Below are positions 28,894 to 39,044 of a stretch of DNA of 64,000 bases, one piece after another. The stretch is taken from NCBI GenBank assembly GCA_963770835.1, contig CAVYRH010000026.1:736001-800000 (forward strand), written 5' to 3'. The notes under the pieces were generated by a model. That model saw only the letters and a list, made by a program, of their open reading frames with translations. It had not been told where the DNA came from and did no database searches. This stretch comes from an uncultured Pseudomonadota bacterium. GTDB lineage: Bacteria > Oederibacteriota > Muellerivitia > Muellerivitales > Muellerivitaceae. Each line of letters starts with the position of its first letter. Position 1 is the first letter of the stretch. A program made the position numbers and the translations under genes.

Positions 28894-29457
28894 TTACTCC
28901 AACAGCAAAATTTCCTCCGGATCGAGGAACCGCCACTTGCCCGATTCCACATCCAGCTTGAGGCCGCCGATTTGGACGCGCTTTAACTCTAGCACCTTCA
29001 GGGGCGTCCCGAATTTGGGGTCCTTGAGGGCGCCGAACATGCGGCGGATATGGCGGTTCTTGCCTTCGTCCAATTCCACTTCGAGCCGGGTTTTTGGCCC
29101 GGCCCCGCCCTGGATTTCAACCCGGACGGCTTTCAGCAACTCATCTTTGTCCTTTATCCCTTTTATCAATTGACCGATGTGGTCTTGGTTCACGTGTCCC
29201 CGCACCCAAACCTCGTAAACCTTGTGGCAGGAACCAGGGCGGGTGAGGCGGTCGGCGAGTTTTCGGTCCTGGGTGAAAAGAAGCAAGCCCTTGGAATCCA
29301 AGTCCAAACGGCCCACGGGCATCCAGCCCTCAGCATAAGCCCAATCGGGGAGGAGGTCATAAACGGTCTTGCGGCCTTTTTCATCCGAGCGGGTGACGAC
29401 GTAGCCTTTGGGTTTATTCAGTATTAAAAGGCGGGGAGACTTGTTGAAAACGGTCAT
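28894..29457 (-). CDS. RsuA/RluE-family pseudouridine synthase (no S4 domain)
   Basis: LNKPKGY, VGRLDLDSKGLLL, EGKNRHIRRM. Confidence 0.9.
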   Translation of the reverse strand: MTVFNKSPRLLILNKPKGYVVTRSDEKGRKTVYDLLPDWAYAEGWMPVGRLDLDSKGLLLFTQDRKLADRLTRPGSCHKVYEVWVRGHVNQDHIGQLIKGIKDKDELLKAVRVEIQGGAGPKTRLEVELDEGKNRHIRRMFGALKDPKFGTPLKVLELKRVQIGGLKLDVESGKWRFLDPEEILLLE

Positions 29458-30104
29458 GGGACCTTGGGTTCGATTTTTATGGATTGGATAACCCGATCAG
29501 ACATGGCGGCTGAAGTATCAGTTTCGTCGCAATGATGTGAATGGGAAATCCCTATTTCCCAGTATTGCTTTTTTTTTGAGATGAAAATTGTAGAGATGGA
29601 AGTTATGTCAAAAATCCCGCTTGTCTTTAATTCGTGTTTTACTTGAATGGTAACTAAAACGGCGGGTAGCCCTGAACATTGGATGGAATTTATTTTGTAT
29701 TCAACGCTATCCGCTGTTAATTTTTCTAATTTTAAAATTGATAAATAATCGTCAATCAATTTTTGGCGATCGTAATCGTTCCCTTGGCTGCCGAGGGAAT
29801 GGGCCACGAAGTTGACGTTTAATAACCCGAGTTGATTTCTGCCTCGCCAAGGCGCGGCGAATTTGAGATTGCGGATTGCATACAGTAAAGAGTCGGCCAC
29901 TGAAATTTTTGTTGAGATGCTTAAAGTTTTTTCTCCATCGTCTTTTTGTTGCCTATCAGCCACTAATGGATATGGGGCTTCAAGTGATATTCCGAAGTCA
30001 TTAAACTTATATTCTTTCCAATTGGGTTCATTGTTGTTTGAAACAGAACAGCCCATTAGAAACAGTAATGGAGTGAGAAAAAGAATTCGTCGGCAAGTAT
30101 TCAT
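29454..30104 (-). CDS. AT-rich hypothetical lipoprotein
   Basis: LFLMGC lipobox; visibly AT-rich; overlaps the downstream start. Confidence 0.6.
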   Translation of the reverse strand: MNTCRRILFLTPLLFLMGCSVSNNNEPNWKEYKFNDFGISLEAPYPLVADRQQKDDGEKTLSISTKISVADSLLYAIRNLKFAAPWRGRNQLGLLNVNFVAHSLGSQGNDYDRQKLIDDYLSILKLEKLTADSVEYKINSIQCSGLPAVLVTIQVKHELKTSGIFDITSISTIFISKKKQYWEIGISHSHHCDETDTSAAMSDRVIQSIKIEPKVP

Positions 30105-30112
30105 GGTTCTTA

Positions 30113-31519
30113 TTATAAGGCTCGAAGTATTTTTTTTGCTGCGGCCTGACCGGCGGCGATGGTGTCGGGGATGCCGACCCCCTTCAAGCCGTTGCCCGCT
30201 AGGTACAATCCTTTATATTCCGAGGCTTTCTGCTCCAACCGGGAGGCCTGGCTTAAATGGCCGGGCCGGAAATAAGACATGGAAGCCTCGTAACGCGCCC
30301 AATGATGGACGATGGGCAGGCCCCGCAGTTTCAAAACGGGTTTTAATTCCTCCAAAACCTTATCCAAGACGGCGGATTCACCCTGGGCCTTGAGGCCCTG
30401 GACGGCTTCCGCCCCCAGGAAGACCCGCAGCAACACGCTACCCTCGGGCGCGCGGCCCTCGAATTTTTGGCTGGCGAAGGTGCATCCCACCACGAGTTTC
30501 TTCTCACGCGCGGGGACCACGAAGCCGAAGCCGTTCAAGGGGTGCCCCACGTCCTGGCGGCGGAAGCCCAGGTTCAAGGTGGCGGAGTCATGGGCCGGTA
30601 CTGCGGACAAAAGCTTTTCCCATTCCTTGTCCAAGGGGCCGATCAAGGGCCGCATCTTGGCGGGTTGGATGGCCAATACCACGCAATCCGCTTCCCGCGC
30701 CTGTCCCTGGGCGGAAACTTCCCAAGTGCCATGGTCGGTGGGCTTCAAGGATTGCACGGGGCTTTGAAGCCAGAAAGATTCGGCGGGGATTTGGGAGGCT
30801 AGGGTTTCAGCCAGGGCCTGCATGCCTTTCTTAAAGCTCACGAAAAGGGAATAGCGGGCGCCGGAAACCTGGGCCTGCGCGTTCAGCCTGCGGGCGGCCA
30901 TGGCCTTGAGGAGCGAGCCGTACCTCCGTTCCATTTCCTTGAAGCGGGGTATGCAGGCGTCCACGCTCAGGTCGTCCGGGTCGGCGTTGTAAACCCCCCC
31001 GATCAGGGGCTGGGCCAGAGCTTCCAAGACTTCCTTGCCCAGGCGCCGCCTCACGAAATCCCCCACGCTCTCATCCTGCGGGTCCCGGCGAACCCTCACG
31101 AAGGGTTCCAGGGCGGCCCTCAGTTTGCCCAGGGGCGAAAGAAGGGAGGTCGTCATCAAGGGCATCAGGCGGGAAGGGGCCAGCATGTAAAAGCCCTCGG
31201 GGATGGGATGCAGCTTGCCGCCCTTTAATATGAAGGACTGCTTCAAGGAGGAGTTGGTCTTGATCAGCTGGCCTTCCAGGCCCAGCTTTTTGCAGAGCTC
31301 CAGCGCGGCGGGCTTTTCGGTGATGAAGCAATCCGGCCCTTCTTCCATTAAGAAGCCGTCTTGCTCGACGGTTGTCAGGGTGCCGCCGGCCTTGTCGCCG
31401 GCGTCCAGGATGTTCAGCTCCAGGGGAATGTTATTTTCCTTGGAAAGTTCCAGAAGCCGCAAGGCGCAGGCCAGGCCGCTTACCCCAGCGCCGATGATGG
31501 TCACACGTAATGGATTCAT
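30113..31519 (-). CDS. hemY: HemY-type (copro/proto)porphyrinogen oxidase
   Basis: IIGAGVSGL, EEGPDCF, PLIGGVY, GFGFVVP, GVGIPD; follows hemE-hemH. Confidence 0.9.
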   Translation of the reverse strand: MNPLRVTIIGAGVSGLACALRLLELSKENNIPLELNILDAGDKAGGTLTTVEQDGFLMEEGPDCFITEKPAALELCKKLGLEGQLIKTNSSLKQSFILKGGKLHPIPEGFYMLAPSRLMPLMTTSLLSPLGKLRAALEPFVRVRRDPQDESVGDFVRRRLGKEVLEALAQPLIGGVYNADPDDLSVDACIPRFKEMERRYGSLLKAMAARRLNAQAQVSGARYSLFVSFKKGMQALAETLASQIPAESFWLQSPVQSLKPTDHGTWEVSAQGQAREADCVVLAIQPAKMRPLIGPLDKEWEKLLSAVPAHDSATLNLGFRRQDVGHPLNGFGFVVPAREKKLVVGCTFASQKFEGRAPEGSVLLRVFLGAEAVQGLKAQGESAVLDKVLEELKPVLKLRGLPIVHHWARYEASMSYFRPGHLSQASRLEQKASEYKGLYLAGNGLKGVGIPDTIAAGQAAAKKILRAL

Positions 31520-31542
31520 ATCAACCTTAAAATTTAATAGCT

Positions 31543-31693
31543 GTCATTGCGAGAAGTGGCGATCGTATAGGTCGGTGGTTACGACGAAGCAAACCCAGTC
31601 TAAAAATTTTCCACATTGTGAAAAGGCTTGTTTAAAACTGAGGTTGCTTCGTCATGATCGCCCGCCTATTCGGCGGACACTCCTCGCAATGAC
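31543..31693. repeat. GTCATTGCGAG palindromic repeat, full doublet
   Basis: Same arms as 12094-12242. Confidence 0.9.
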
Positions 31694-31701
31694 CGCTTAT
31701 T

Positions 31702-32640
31702 CTATTGCAATGCTTCCTCGATGAGCGAGGAAAGCATTGCGATAAAGGAGGGCTTGGTGCCCACTGTTTTGGCGCGCACCATATGTAATCCCTTCCACTT
31801 CGCCTTTTCTGCCGCCTTCACGTCGATGTCGTAAAGCACTTCCACGTGGTCCACCAGGAAGCCGATAGGGGCCACCACGCAGGCGGAAAGGTCCTCATAG
31901 GTGCGCCGGTCGATGAATTCGGTCAAATCCGGTTCCAGCCAGGGTTCCTCGGGGCGGCCCGACCGGCTGGTAAAGGCGGTCTGGTAATAGGGCATGCACA
32001 CCTTGTGGGTGACCAGTTGGCAGGTTTCCTCGAATTGCAGGGAGTAGGGGGATTCCATGGCCATTTTGCGGGGAATACTGTGGGCCGTCAAAATCAACTC
32101 GGCCCGGTGGCGGGCCTTTTCCGTGGCGGAAAGCTGGGCATAGGCCGCTTCGACGTTTTGGCCGATGGCGTTGATGAACCCGGGACGGTTGTGCCACTCA
32201 GGAGCGTAGGTGATTTCAGGCAAGGGCAGGCCCTGTTCCTTGATGGACTCCAGGGCCTCGTCCACTTTTTTCACGTACTTGTCATAGGAAGCGGGGCTCC
32301 GGTGGGGCGCCATGATGATGGCGAAGATTTTGGTTTTCCCCTGCCGGGCAAGGTTGACCAGGGTGTCGGCAATCCGTGGAGCGTAATGAGCGAAACCCAC
32401 ATGGACCGGCATCTTCAGGCCCCTCGAACTTAAAATTTTTTGCAAGGCCTCGGCTTGGTCCCGGGTGAGGTGGTTATAAGGAGAAACGCCGCCAATTTGT
32501 TCATATTGCTTGGCCACCAGCTTCAGGCGCTCGGGGGGGATGTTCCTGCCCGCTGTGACATCTTCCAGGAAGGGGACAACGTCTTCGGGTTTTTCGGGGC
32601 CGCCGAAACCGATGAGTAGGACAGCGTCGAAGGATTTCAA
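31702..32640 (-). CDS. hemH: Ferrochelatase
   Basis: FGGPE, IGGVSP, TAHSIP, PWLEPD, PIGFLVDHVEVLYDID. Confidence 0.92.
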   Translation of the reverse strand: MKSFDAVLLIGFGGPEKPEDVVPFLEDVTAGRNIPPERLKLVAKQYEQIGGVSPYNHLTRDQAEALQKILSSRGLKMPVHVGFAHYAPRIADTLVNLARQGKTKIFAIIMAPHRSPASYDKYVKKVDEALESIKEQGLPLPEITYAPEWHNRPGFINAIGQNVEAAYAQLSATEKARHRAELILTAHSIPRKMAMESPYSLQFEETCQLVTHKVCMPYYQTAFTSRSGRPEEPWLEPDLTEFIDRRTYEDLSACVVAPIGFLVDHVEVLYDIDVKAAEKAKWKGLHMVRAKTVGTKPSFIAMLSSLIEEALQ

Positions 32641-32650
32641 GAAAACCTTT

Positions 32651-32818
32651 TCACCACAGAGTTCACGGAGTAAGGCAAAAGAATATTATGAAGATTTAGA
32701 AAATAAAAGATTTAACTCTGTGACCTCTGTCCCACATGTCCTATTTGAAAGAGATTTTATGAAAATGTGGGACTATACCACCTTCGTTAACTCCCTTACG
32801 GAAAGGTGGCATGTGGTT
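32651..32818. repeat. 9-nt-periodic inverted repeat with an ~80-bp twin-hairpin insert (32731-32811) in its right arm
   Basis: CTCTGTGACCTCTGT [insert] TGTGGTT, versus the uninterrupted arm at 13065-13092. Confidence 0.75.
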
Positions 32819-32826
32819 AAAGAGCC

Positions 32827-34761
32827 TCAGGGTTTCCAGTTGCGTACTGTATCGATCATGGCCCGCACATTATCCATGGGCGTCTGCGGCAGGATGCCGT
32901 GGCCGAGATTGAAGATATGCCCCGGCTTTCCACCCGCCTGGCGGAGCACTTTTTCCGTTTCGATTCTCACTTTGTCGGGGTCGGTCAACAGTGCCTCCGG
33001 GTTCAAGTTGCCCTGGATGGCCACGTCGCCCAACTGTTTCCAGGCTTTGTCCAGGTCCACCCGCCAATCCACGCCGATGACCGTGGCCCCGGTATCCCTA
33101 AGCCAGGAATAAAAAGGGGCGGTTTGGGTGCCAAAGTAGATCAAGGGAATATCCGGCTTCAACCGTTTGAGGTGCAGGATGAGCAGTTTCAGGTAGGGAA
33201 GTGCCATGCGCTGGAATTCATCGGGCGAAAGGATGCCCACCCAAGAGTCGAAAAGCTGGATGGCTTGCGCTCCGGCGTCGACTTGGGCGTTCAGGTAGGA
33301 AACGGTGGCCGAAACCAGCTTTTTCATCAATTCGTCCCACACCTTGATATCCCCCATGACGGAGCGGGTGTGGTAATAGTCTTTCGAACCGCTGCCCTCT
33401 ATTAAATAAGAAGCCAGCGTGAAAGGGGCGCCGGCGAAGCCGATCAAGGGGATATGGGGTTTCAGGCCGGAACGGATCAATCGGACCGCCTGCATGACAT
33501 AGCCCATGTCGTAATCCCCGTCCACTTGGCGCAGGCGTTCCAGGTCCGCGGGCGTCCGGAAGGGATCGCGGATCACGGGCCCGCCGTTATCGGGGAATTC
33601 CAATTTGAACCCCAGGGGTTCGGCGATCAAAAGGATGTCGGCGAAAAGAATGGCGGCGTCCACGTCCAACGCCTCCTGGGCGGAGACGGTGACCTGGGCG
33701 GCCAGTTCGGGGGTCTTGCACAGCTCCATAAAGGAAACCCTGGCCCTTACCGCCCGGTACTCGGGGAGGTAGCGGCCCGCCTGCCGCATGATCCAAAGGG
33801 GCGTGCGGGGCGTGGGTTCCTTGCGGCAGGCCTTCATGAAGACGCTGTTTTGCATCGTAATAGGGATGGTCCGGGCGATCGAGGGCCGGACCCTGACGGT
33901 GGCTGCTTTCGTTTGGTGCAGTTCCGAGCATTTCTCGGAGGTTTCCTTGACCAGGAAGCCCATCTTGGGGTGCTCGGGCTCCAAGTCCACCGCCAAGCCG
34001 CAGTCCTTCAGGCCCTCGCTGCAGACGGACCCCACCGAGGCCACCACCATCCGGGAGAAAGCGTCTTTCACCCTTTCCTCCAAGCCGATTCCCTTGGCCA
34101 CCTGCAGGACGTTTTGGATCTGGTTGGCGCTGGTGAAAAGGGCCACCGCCACTTCGCCCGCCGCGATGGACTCGACCAGGTGGACCAGGGGCCGGGAGTC
34201 CTCGGGAAGGGCCCATTTGTAGACCGGAACGCTGATGACATCCTTGGCACCCCGCGCGCGCAAGGCATCGAGGAACTCGATGTTGGAAATGCCGTATTCT
34301 TGCACGGCGACCGTCAGCCCTTTCACCGGATGATTGTCATCCAAAGCCCCCAGAACTTCCCGCCAGGTATTGGGTTCGGGCACCACTACCGAGGGGCGCA
34401 TTTTTTTCTCCGTCAGCGCCTTCACCGACTTAGGGCCGCGCGCCACCAACACGGCATGCTTGAGGGCTTTTTGGATGCGGCTGGGGGCGTAGTGGGATTC
34501 CAGGGCGTCGAAGAGGATGCGGGTGCCCACGCCCGTCATGAAGATGATGACGTCCACGTTGCCCTGCTGGAGGCTTTCGAAAAACTGGAAGGCGGGCTTG
34601 TTCTCCGAAAGGGGGACTTCCCGCATGGAAGGTGCCACCTTGGGGACGCCCCCGTGGCGGATGATGAGGTCTTCCATTTCCTTGGCCATGCGGCTCTCGA
34701 AGGCCGCGACGGCTAGGCCCTCAAAGCCGTGTTTCTCGGTTTCGTTTTCGGTGGGGTTCAC
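32827..34761 (-). CDS. hemE: Uroporphyrinogen-III synthase (HemD) - uroporphyrinogen decarboxylase (HemE) fusion
   Basis: N-half FESR, FMTGVG, ARGPK, VYKW, FTSA; C-half WIMRQAGRYLPEY, FADIL, QLFDSW, FNLGHG. Confidence 0.92.
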   Translation of the reverse strand: MNPTENETEKHGFEGLAVAAFESRMAKEMEDLIIRHGGVPKVAPSMREVPLSENKPAFQFFESLQQGNVDVIIFMTGVGTRILFDALESHYAPSRIQKALKHAVLVARGPKSVKALTEKKMRPSVVVPEPNTWREVLGALDDNHPVKGLTVAVQEYGISNIEFLDALRARGAKDVISVPVYKWALPEDSRPLVHLVESIAAGEVAVALFTSANQIQNVLQVAKGIGLEERVKDAFSRMVVASVGSVCSEGLKDCGLAVDLEPEHPKMGFLVKETSEKCSELHQTKAATVRVRPSIARTIPITMQNSVFMKACRKEPTPRTPLWIMRQAGRYLPEYRAVRARVSFMELCKTPELAAQVTVSAQEALDVDAAILFADILLIAEPLGFKLEFPDNGGPVIRDPFRTPADLERLRQVDGDYDMGYVMQAVRLIRSGLKPHIPLIGFAGAPFTLASYLIEGSGSKDYYHTRSVMGDIKVWDELMKKLVSATVSYLNAQVDAGAQAIQLFDSWVGILSPDEFQRMALPYLKLLILHLKRLKPDIPLIYFGTQTAPFYSWLRDTGATVIGVDWRVDLDKAWKQLGDVAIQGNLNPEALLTDPDKVRIETEKVLRQAGGKPGHIFNLGHGILPQTPMDNVRAMIDTVRNWKP

Positions 34762-34789
34762 GGCATGCAGTATAAACCCAAAAAAGGCA

Positions 34790-34907
34790 TTTGAACCACT
34801 AAGGCACTAAGGGCACCAAGAAAAAATTAGAAGCTAAAAGATTTGGCTTTTTTTCAACCCCGGTTTTTCGTTGTACTTGGTGCCCTTAGTGCCCTTGGTG
34901 GTTCAAA
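34790..34907. repeat. 9-nt-periodic inverted repeat (CACTAAGG(G) / CCTTAGTG)
   Basis: TTGAACCACTAAGGCACTAAGGGCACCAAG ... CTTGGTGCCCTTAGTGCCCTTGGTGGTTCAA. Confidence 0.85.
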
Positions 34908-34911
34908 AGTC

Positions 34912-35781
34912 TTAATGGGCCAGGTTGAGCTTGGGCGCCTCATCCAGGCATTCCACCTTGACCTCGAAATCCAATTTGGAAAGCGCGTCGGTTCCGCGGA
35001 AGGTGCCGGAAACCGGCGCGGCATCCTGCGGCTGGGGCCCGGCGGCTAGGGGTATATGCAGGTCGGCGGTGGCCAATCCCAAGCTGGGGTCGTATCCCCG
35101 CCAGCCCGCCCCCGGTAGGTAGATTTCGGCCCAGGCGTGCAAGTCCTGGGCGTCCTTGGAGCCGGGGTCAAACTTATAGCCGCTGACGAACCGGGCCGCC
35201 AGGCCCATGGCCCGGCAGAGGTCCACCAGCAGAACCGCCGTGTCGCGGCAGGCGCCTTCCCGCCGCCTCAAGGTCTTGTGGGCGGGCAGGGAATCCCCCT
35301 GGGGCCGGATGATGTGCTGGAACTCGCGGTGGATGTAGTCGGTGGCGTGGAAGAGGAAGTTGAGCGCGTTGTCGTCGCTTTCCCTCAAAAGCTCCTGGGC
35401 CAGGTTGGCCACCGAAGGGTCGGGGGTGGGTTTCAAATAGGAATTCAAGACCGAGTATTCGGAGCCGTATTTGGCGGGAAGGCGCAGGACCATAGGGTCG
35501 GTAATGAGGTAGTTGAAGGGATTGCTCAAGACCGTATTGACCTTGAAGTGGGTTTGCACCGCAAGGGTGGAATGTTTCCCCGTGAACCAGGCCAGCACCT
35601 CGTGGTTGTTGAAGAGGTCCAGCGATTCGGAAAGGCCCGTCGGTGCGGGGTCCACCAGCATTTCGAAGGATTCGAGCTTTTGGCTGAAGTCGGTGCGGGG
35701 CTTCAGCCGCAGGGAGGTAGGTTCCAGGAACACCTCCCGGCTGTAGGTGTAGCGCAGGTTATGTCTTACTTCAAACCGCAT
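34912..35781 (-). CDS. Transglutaminase family protein
   Basis: H...Y.Y N-domain; GACRD, ARFVSGY, HAWAEIY, GW.GYDP. Confidence 0.92.
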   Translation of the reverse strand: MRFEVRHNLRYTYSREVFLEPTSLRLKPRTDFSQKLESFEMLVDPAPTGLSESLDLFNNHEVLAWFTGKHSTLAVQTHFKVNTVLSNPFNYLITDPMVLRLPAKYGSEYSVLNSYLKPTPDPSVANLAQELLRESDDNALNFLFHATDYIHREFQHIIRPQGDSLPAHKTLRRREGACRDTAVLLVDLCRAMGLAARFVSGYKFDPGSKDAQDLHAWAEIYLPGAGWRGYDPSLGLATADLHIPLAAGPQPQDAAPVSGTFRGTDALSKLDFEVKVECLDEAPKLNLAH

Positions 35782-36523
35782 GGCTTTCCCCCCACATGCG
35801 GGGCAGCTGCCCCAAGGCATCCTTGGCCCAATCGGAGGGGCAAAGCTCCACGGTTTCACGCACGCGCTTCCTCCACCAGTCGGTGACCTCTTTCAGGTCA
35901 TGTTGTTCGTAGTGGGTCTCGGTCATGCGATGGGTGCCCTTACGGTAAAGCACCATGTCGATGGGGAAGTCCACGTCGGTGGCGCTGGTGCGGGTGGCCT
36001 CGAAGGCCAGGTAACCGACCTTCATGGCCACTTCCAGGGTGGACTCATAGTGCAGGGCCCGGTCGAGCAAGGGTTTGCCATAGCTCGACTCGCCGATGAC
36101 GTAATAGGGCGTGCTTTCGGTCACCTCCACCCAGTTGCCCTGGGGGTAGATGAGGTAAAGCTTGTGCTCCGCGTCGTGCGCCAGCTGGCCCCCCATGATG
36201 GAAAAAAGGTTGAAGCCATAGCCAGCTTCCTCCAGGGCCGCCTTATCCTCCTTGATGACCCGCCTCACCTGCTCGGCGAAGACATTCACCGCGTTATAGA
36301 GATGGTGGTAGGGCTCTCTGTCCTCCTCCAGGCGCTCGTTGAAATAAGTGAGGGACTTGTCCCGCGCCGAGCGCAGGCCGGAAGTCATCAGGAAAAAGGC
36401 GCGGCCGCCGCTCTGGTGCAGGGAAACCTTGCGGCCAGTGATCTGCTCGGTGCCGCTGGTGATGCGGGTGTCGGCCAGGGCCACCAGCCCTTCTTTTACT
36501 TTCATGGCGAGGCAAAAGGTCAT
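35771..36523 (-). CDS. Proteasome-type protease (Anbu-like Ntn hydrolase)
   Basis: N-terminal MTFC..DTR; LYLIYPQGN; IGES.YGKP.LDR; operon context. Confidence 0.88.
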   Translation of the reverse strand: MTFCLAMKVKEGLVALADTRITSGTEQITGRKVSLHQSGGRAFFLMTSGLRSARDKSLTYFNERLEEDREPYHHLYNAVNVFAEQVRRVIKEDKAALEEAGYGFNLFSIMGGQLAHDAEHKLYLIYPQGNWVEVTESTPYYVIGESSYGKPLLDRALHYESTLEVAMKVGYLAFEATRTSATDVDFPIDMVLYRKGTHRMTETHYEQHDLKEVTDWWRKRVRETVELCPSDWAKDALGQLPRMWGESHAV

Positions 36524-37530
36524 TGTTGCTCCTTCCTTTCTATGGGTACTTCTGTTACGGGCTCGGGAGCCTGGTCCACCACGGGGGAAGCCGAGAAATA
36601 AATGATAGAAAGGGCTTCTCCTAGGTTGTTCATCTTGGATTCAAAGGCATCCAAATATTCGTGCAGACCGGCGGCGACGATGCCGCCGATGTCGGTGTAG
36701 TCCAGTTCGGCCTTCAGGCGGCCCAACTGCTGTTCGGCCGGGTTGGCGTAAGTGCCGGAGGGCGAGCCGGTAATGGCCCTCAAGGATTGCTCGGACTGGA
36801 TGAGGCAGTAGCGCATGGAGCGGGGGAATTCCCGGTCTAGGATGAGGAATTCGGCCACTTTAATGTGCTGGAGGCGCCCATGTTTCTTGCGGTACATCTC
36901 GCTGGCGCTGGCGGATTTCAGGAGTGCCGTCCAGAGGATGTCGTCGTAAGGCGTGCCCACGTCCTCCACCTTGGGCAGGAGGATGAAGTATTTCACGTCC
37001 AGGATACGGGCGGTCTTGTCAGCCCGTTCCATGAGCCGGCCCATATTAAAGAAGTGCCAGGCCTCGCCGTGGGAAAGGGTGGCGTCGGTCACACCCGAAA
37101 AAAGGTGGCTGAGCATCTTCACGTTGCGGCAGAAGGTCTCGAGGGATTCCATACCCACCCCCGGCTTGTGCGCCATACCCTGCACCATCAGGTAGAAGGT
37201 ATTGAGCTGTTCCCACATTTCGCTGGATATGATTTCCCGCATGGTGCGGGCGTTTTCCCTGGCCTTTTGGAGGCTGGAGTAGATGGAATTGGGGTTTTCC
37301 GTGTCAAACATGAGGAACTGGATGACGTTATCGCTGGTGAAGTCGCCGAAACGAAGCTGGAAGTCCTTCTCATCGCCCGTGGTCACCACCAAGGGCTGCC
37401 ATTGCTGGTCGCCGCTTAAAGGCGTATCCAGGATGAGGTTCAAGTTCACCCCGATGAAGCGGGCCACGTTCTCAGCCCGCTCCACGTAGCGCCCAGTCCA
37501 GTAAAGGGATTCCGCGAGTCGGCTTAACAT
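36520..37530 (-). CDS. Alpha-E domain protein
   Basis: MLSRLAESLYW.GRY.ERAEN; ARENAR; GR..ERAD; FPRS. Confidence 0.92.
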   Translation of the reverse strand: MLSRLAESLYWTGRYVERAENVARFIGVNLNLILDTPLSGDQQWQPLVVTTGDEKDFQLRFGDFTSDNVIQFLMFDTENPNSIYSSLQKARENARTMREIISSEMWEQLNTFYLMVQGMAHKPGVGMESLETFCRNVKMLSHLFSGVTDATLSHGEAWHFFNMGRLMERADKTARILDVKYFILLPKVEDVGTPYDDILWTALLKSASASEMYRKKHGRLQHIKVAEFLILDREFPRSMRYCLIQSEQSLRAITGSPSGTYANPAEQQLGRLKAELDYTDIGGIVAAGLHEYLDAFESKMNNLGEALSIIYFSASPVVDQAPEPVTEVPIERKEQQ

Positions 37531-37531
37531 G

Positions 37532-38992
37532 TCAATTGCTCCTGGCTTTTAGCACCGGGGGTTCCTCCAAAACCCAGGTGTCTTTGCTGCCCCCGCCTTG
37601 GGAGGAATTGACCACCAGCGACCCCTTCTTCAGGGCCACCCGTGTGAGGCCCCCGGGCAGGACGTAGATGTTCCGTCCGTAGAGGACGTAGGGCCGTAGG
37701 TCCACGTGCCGCCCCTCGAAATGGTCGTCCACGATCACGGGAACCCGGGAAAGGGCCAGGGTGGGCTGGGCGATGTAATCGCGGGGGTTGGCCTCGATCA
37801 TGCGGGCGAACCTTTCCTGTTCGGCCTTGGAAGAATGGGGCCCCACCAGCATGCCGTAGCCACCCGCCTGATTGACAGCTTTCACCACCAGCTTGTCCAA
37901 GTTGTCCAACACGTACTTGCGCTGGGATTCCTCCCAGCAGACAAAGGTGGGGACGTTGGGAAGGATGGGGTCCTGCTGCAAATAATATTTAATCATTTGG
38001 GGGACGTAGGCGTAGATGCCCTTGTCGTCGGCAATGCCCGTGCCCACGGCGTTGGCGAGCGACACCCGGCCTTTCCGGTAAGCCTCCATCAGTCCGGGCA
38101 CGCCCAATGTGGAATCGGACCTGAAGGCCATTGGGTCGATGAAGTCGTCGTCCACCCGCCGGTAAATGACGTCCACCTTTTCCAAACCCTTGGTGGTGCG
38201 CATCATCACGTAGCCGTCCACCACCGCCAGGTCGCGTCCCTCCACCAACTGGGCCCCCATTTGCCGGGCCAGGTAGGCGTGCTCGTAATAGGCGGAGTTG
38301 TAGGGGCCGGGGGTCAGCACCACCACGCGGGGTCCCTCCACGCCCTCGGGGGCCACGTAACGCATGACGTCCAATAACCGCAGGGGGTAATCATCCACCG
38401 GTTTGACCTTCATGGCCTGGAAGGCCTGGGGCAGGGTGCGCTTCAAAACGTTGCGGTTCTCCAAGACATAGGAGACACCCGAGGGGCAGCGCAGGTTGTC
38501 CTCCAGCACGTAGTAGCGGCCGTCCTTGTCCCGAACCAGGTCCGTGCCGGTGATGTGGATCCAGACCCGTTTGGCGGGCTTCAAACCCACGCACTGCCGG
38601 CGGAAGCCGAAGGAGGTCGTTACCATTTCCTTCGGGATGGTCTTGTCGTTGAGGATCCGCTGGCCGTGGTAGATGTCATCGATGAAAAGGTTGAGCGCCT
38701 GGATGCGCTGGATGAGCCCCTTCTCGATAACCTGCCATTCGGGGTTGGGCACCACGCGGGGAATGATGTCGAAGGGAAAAATTTTTTCCGTCCCGTCCTT
38801 ATTGCCGTAGACCGTAAAGGTGATTCCCATATTCAGGAACTCGGACTCGGCGGCCTTTTGCTGGCGGGTCAGGTCCCCGGTGGGCATGGACTTCAGCCGG
38901 TCGATCAAAGGGGCGACGCTTTTGCGGGGTAGTCCGCTGTTTTCGAAAAGCTCGTCGTAAAAGACATCGGTTTGGTAGTTTTCAAAGTTCAT
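37532..38992 (-). CDS. Circularly permuted ATP-grasp type 2 protein
   Basis: GITFTVY, PFDIIPR, VLEDNLRCPSGVSY, YRRVDD, VVNSSQGGGSKDTWV. Confidence 0.95.
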   Translation of the reverse strand: MNFENYQTDVFYDELFENSGLPRKSVAPLIDRLKSMPTGDLTRQQKAAESEFLNMGITFTVYGNKDGTEKIFPFDIIPRVVPNPEWQVIEKGLIQRIQALNLFIDDIYHGQRILNDKTIPKEMVTTSFGFRRQCVGLKPAKRVWIHITGTDLVRDKDGRYYVLEDNLRCPSGVSYVLENRNVLKRTLPQAFQAMKVKPVDDYPLRLLDVMRYVAPEGVEGPRVVVLTPGPYNSAYYEHAYLARQMGAQLVEGRDLAVVDGYVMMRTTKGLEKVDVIYRRVDDDFIDPMAFRSDSTLGVPGLMEAYRKGRVSLANAVGTGIADDKGIYAYVPQMIKYYLQQDPILPNVPTFVCWEESQRKYVLDNLDKLVVKAVNQAGGYGMLVGPHSSKAEQERFARMIEANPRDYIAQPTLALSRVPVIVDDHFEGRHVDLRPYVLYGRNIYVLPGGLTRVALKKGSLVVNSSQGGGSKDTWVLEEPPVLKARSN

Positions 38993-39028
38993 GGCGTGTT
39001 CCTTCCTTGTTTATTTATGCCTGTTAAA

Positions 39029-39044
39029 AGCAATAACAAGGCCA
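39029..39044 (-). promoter_or_regulatory. Putative sigma54 -24/-12 promoter
   Basis: Minus strand TGGCCTTGTTATTGCT has exact GG-N10-GC spacing, ~37 nt upstream of the ATG. Confidence 0.65.
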
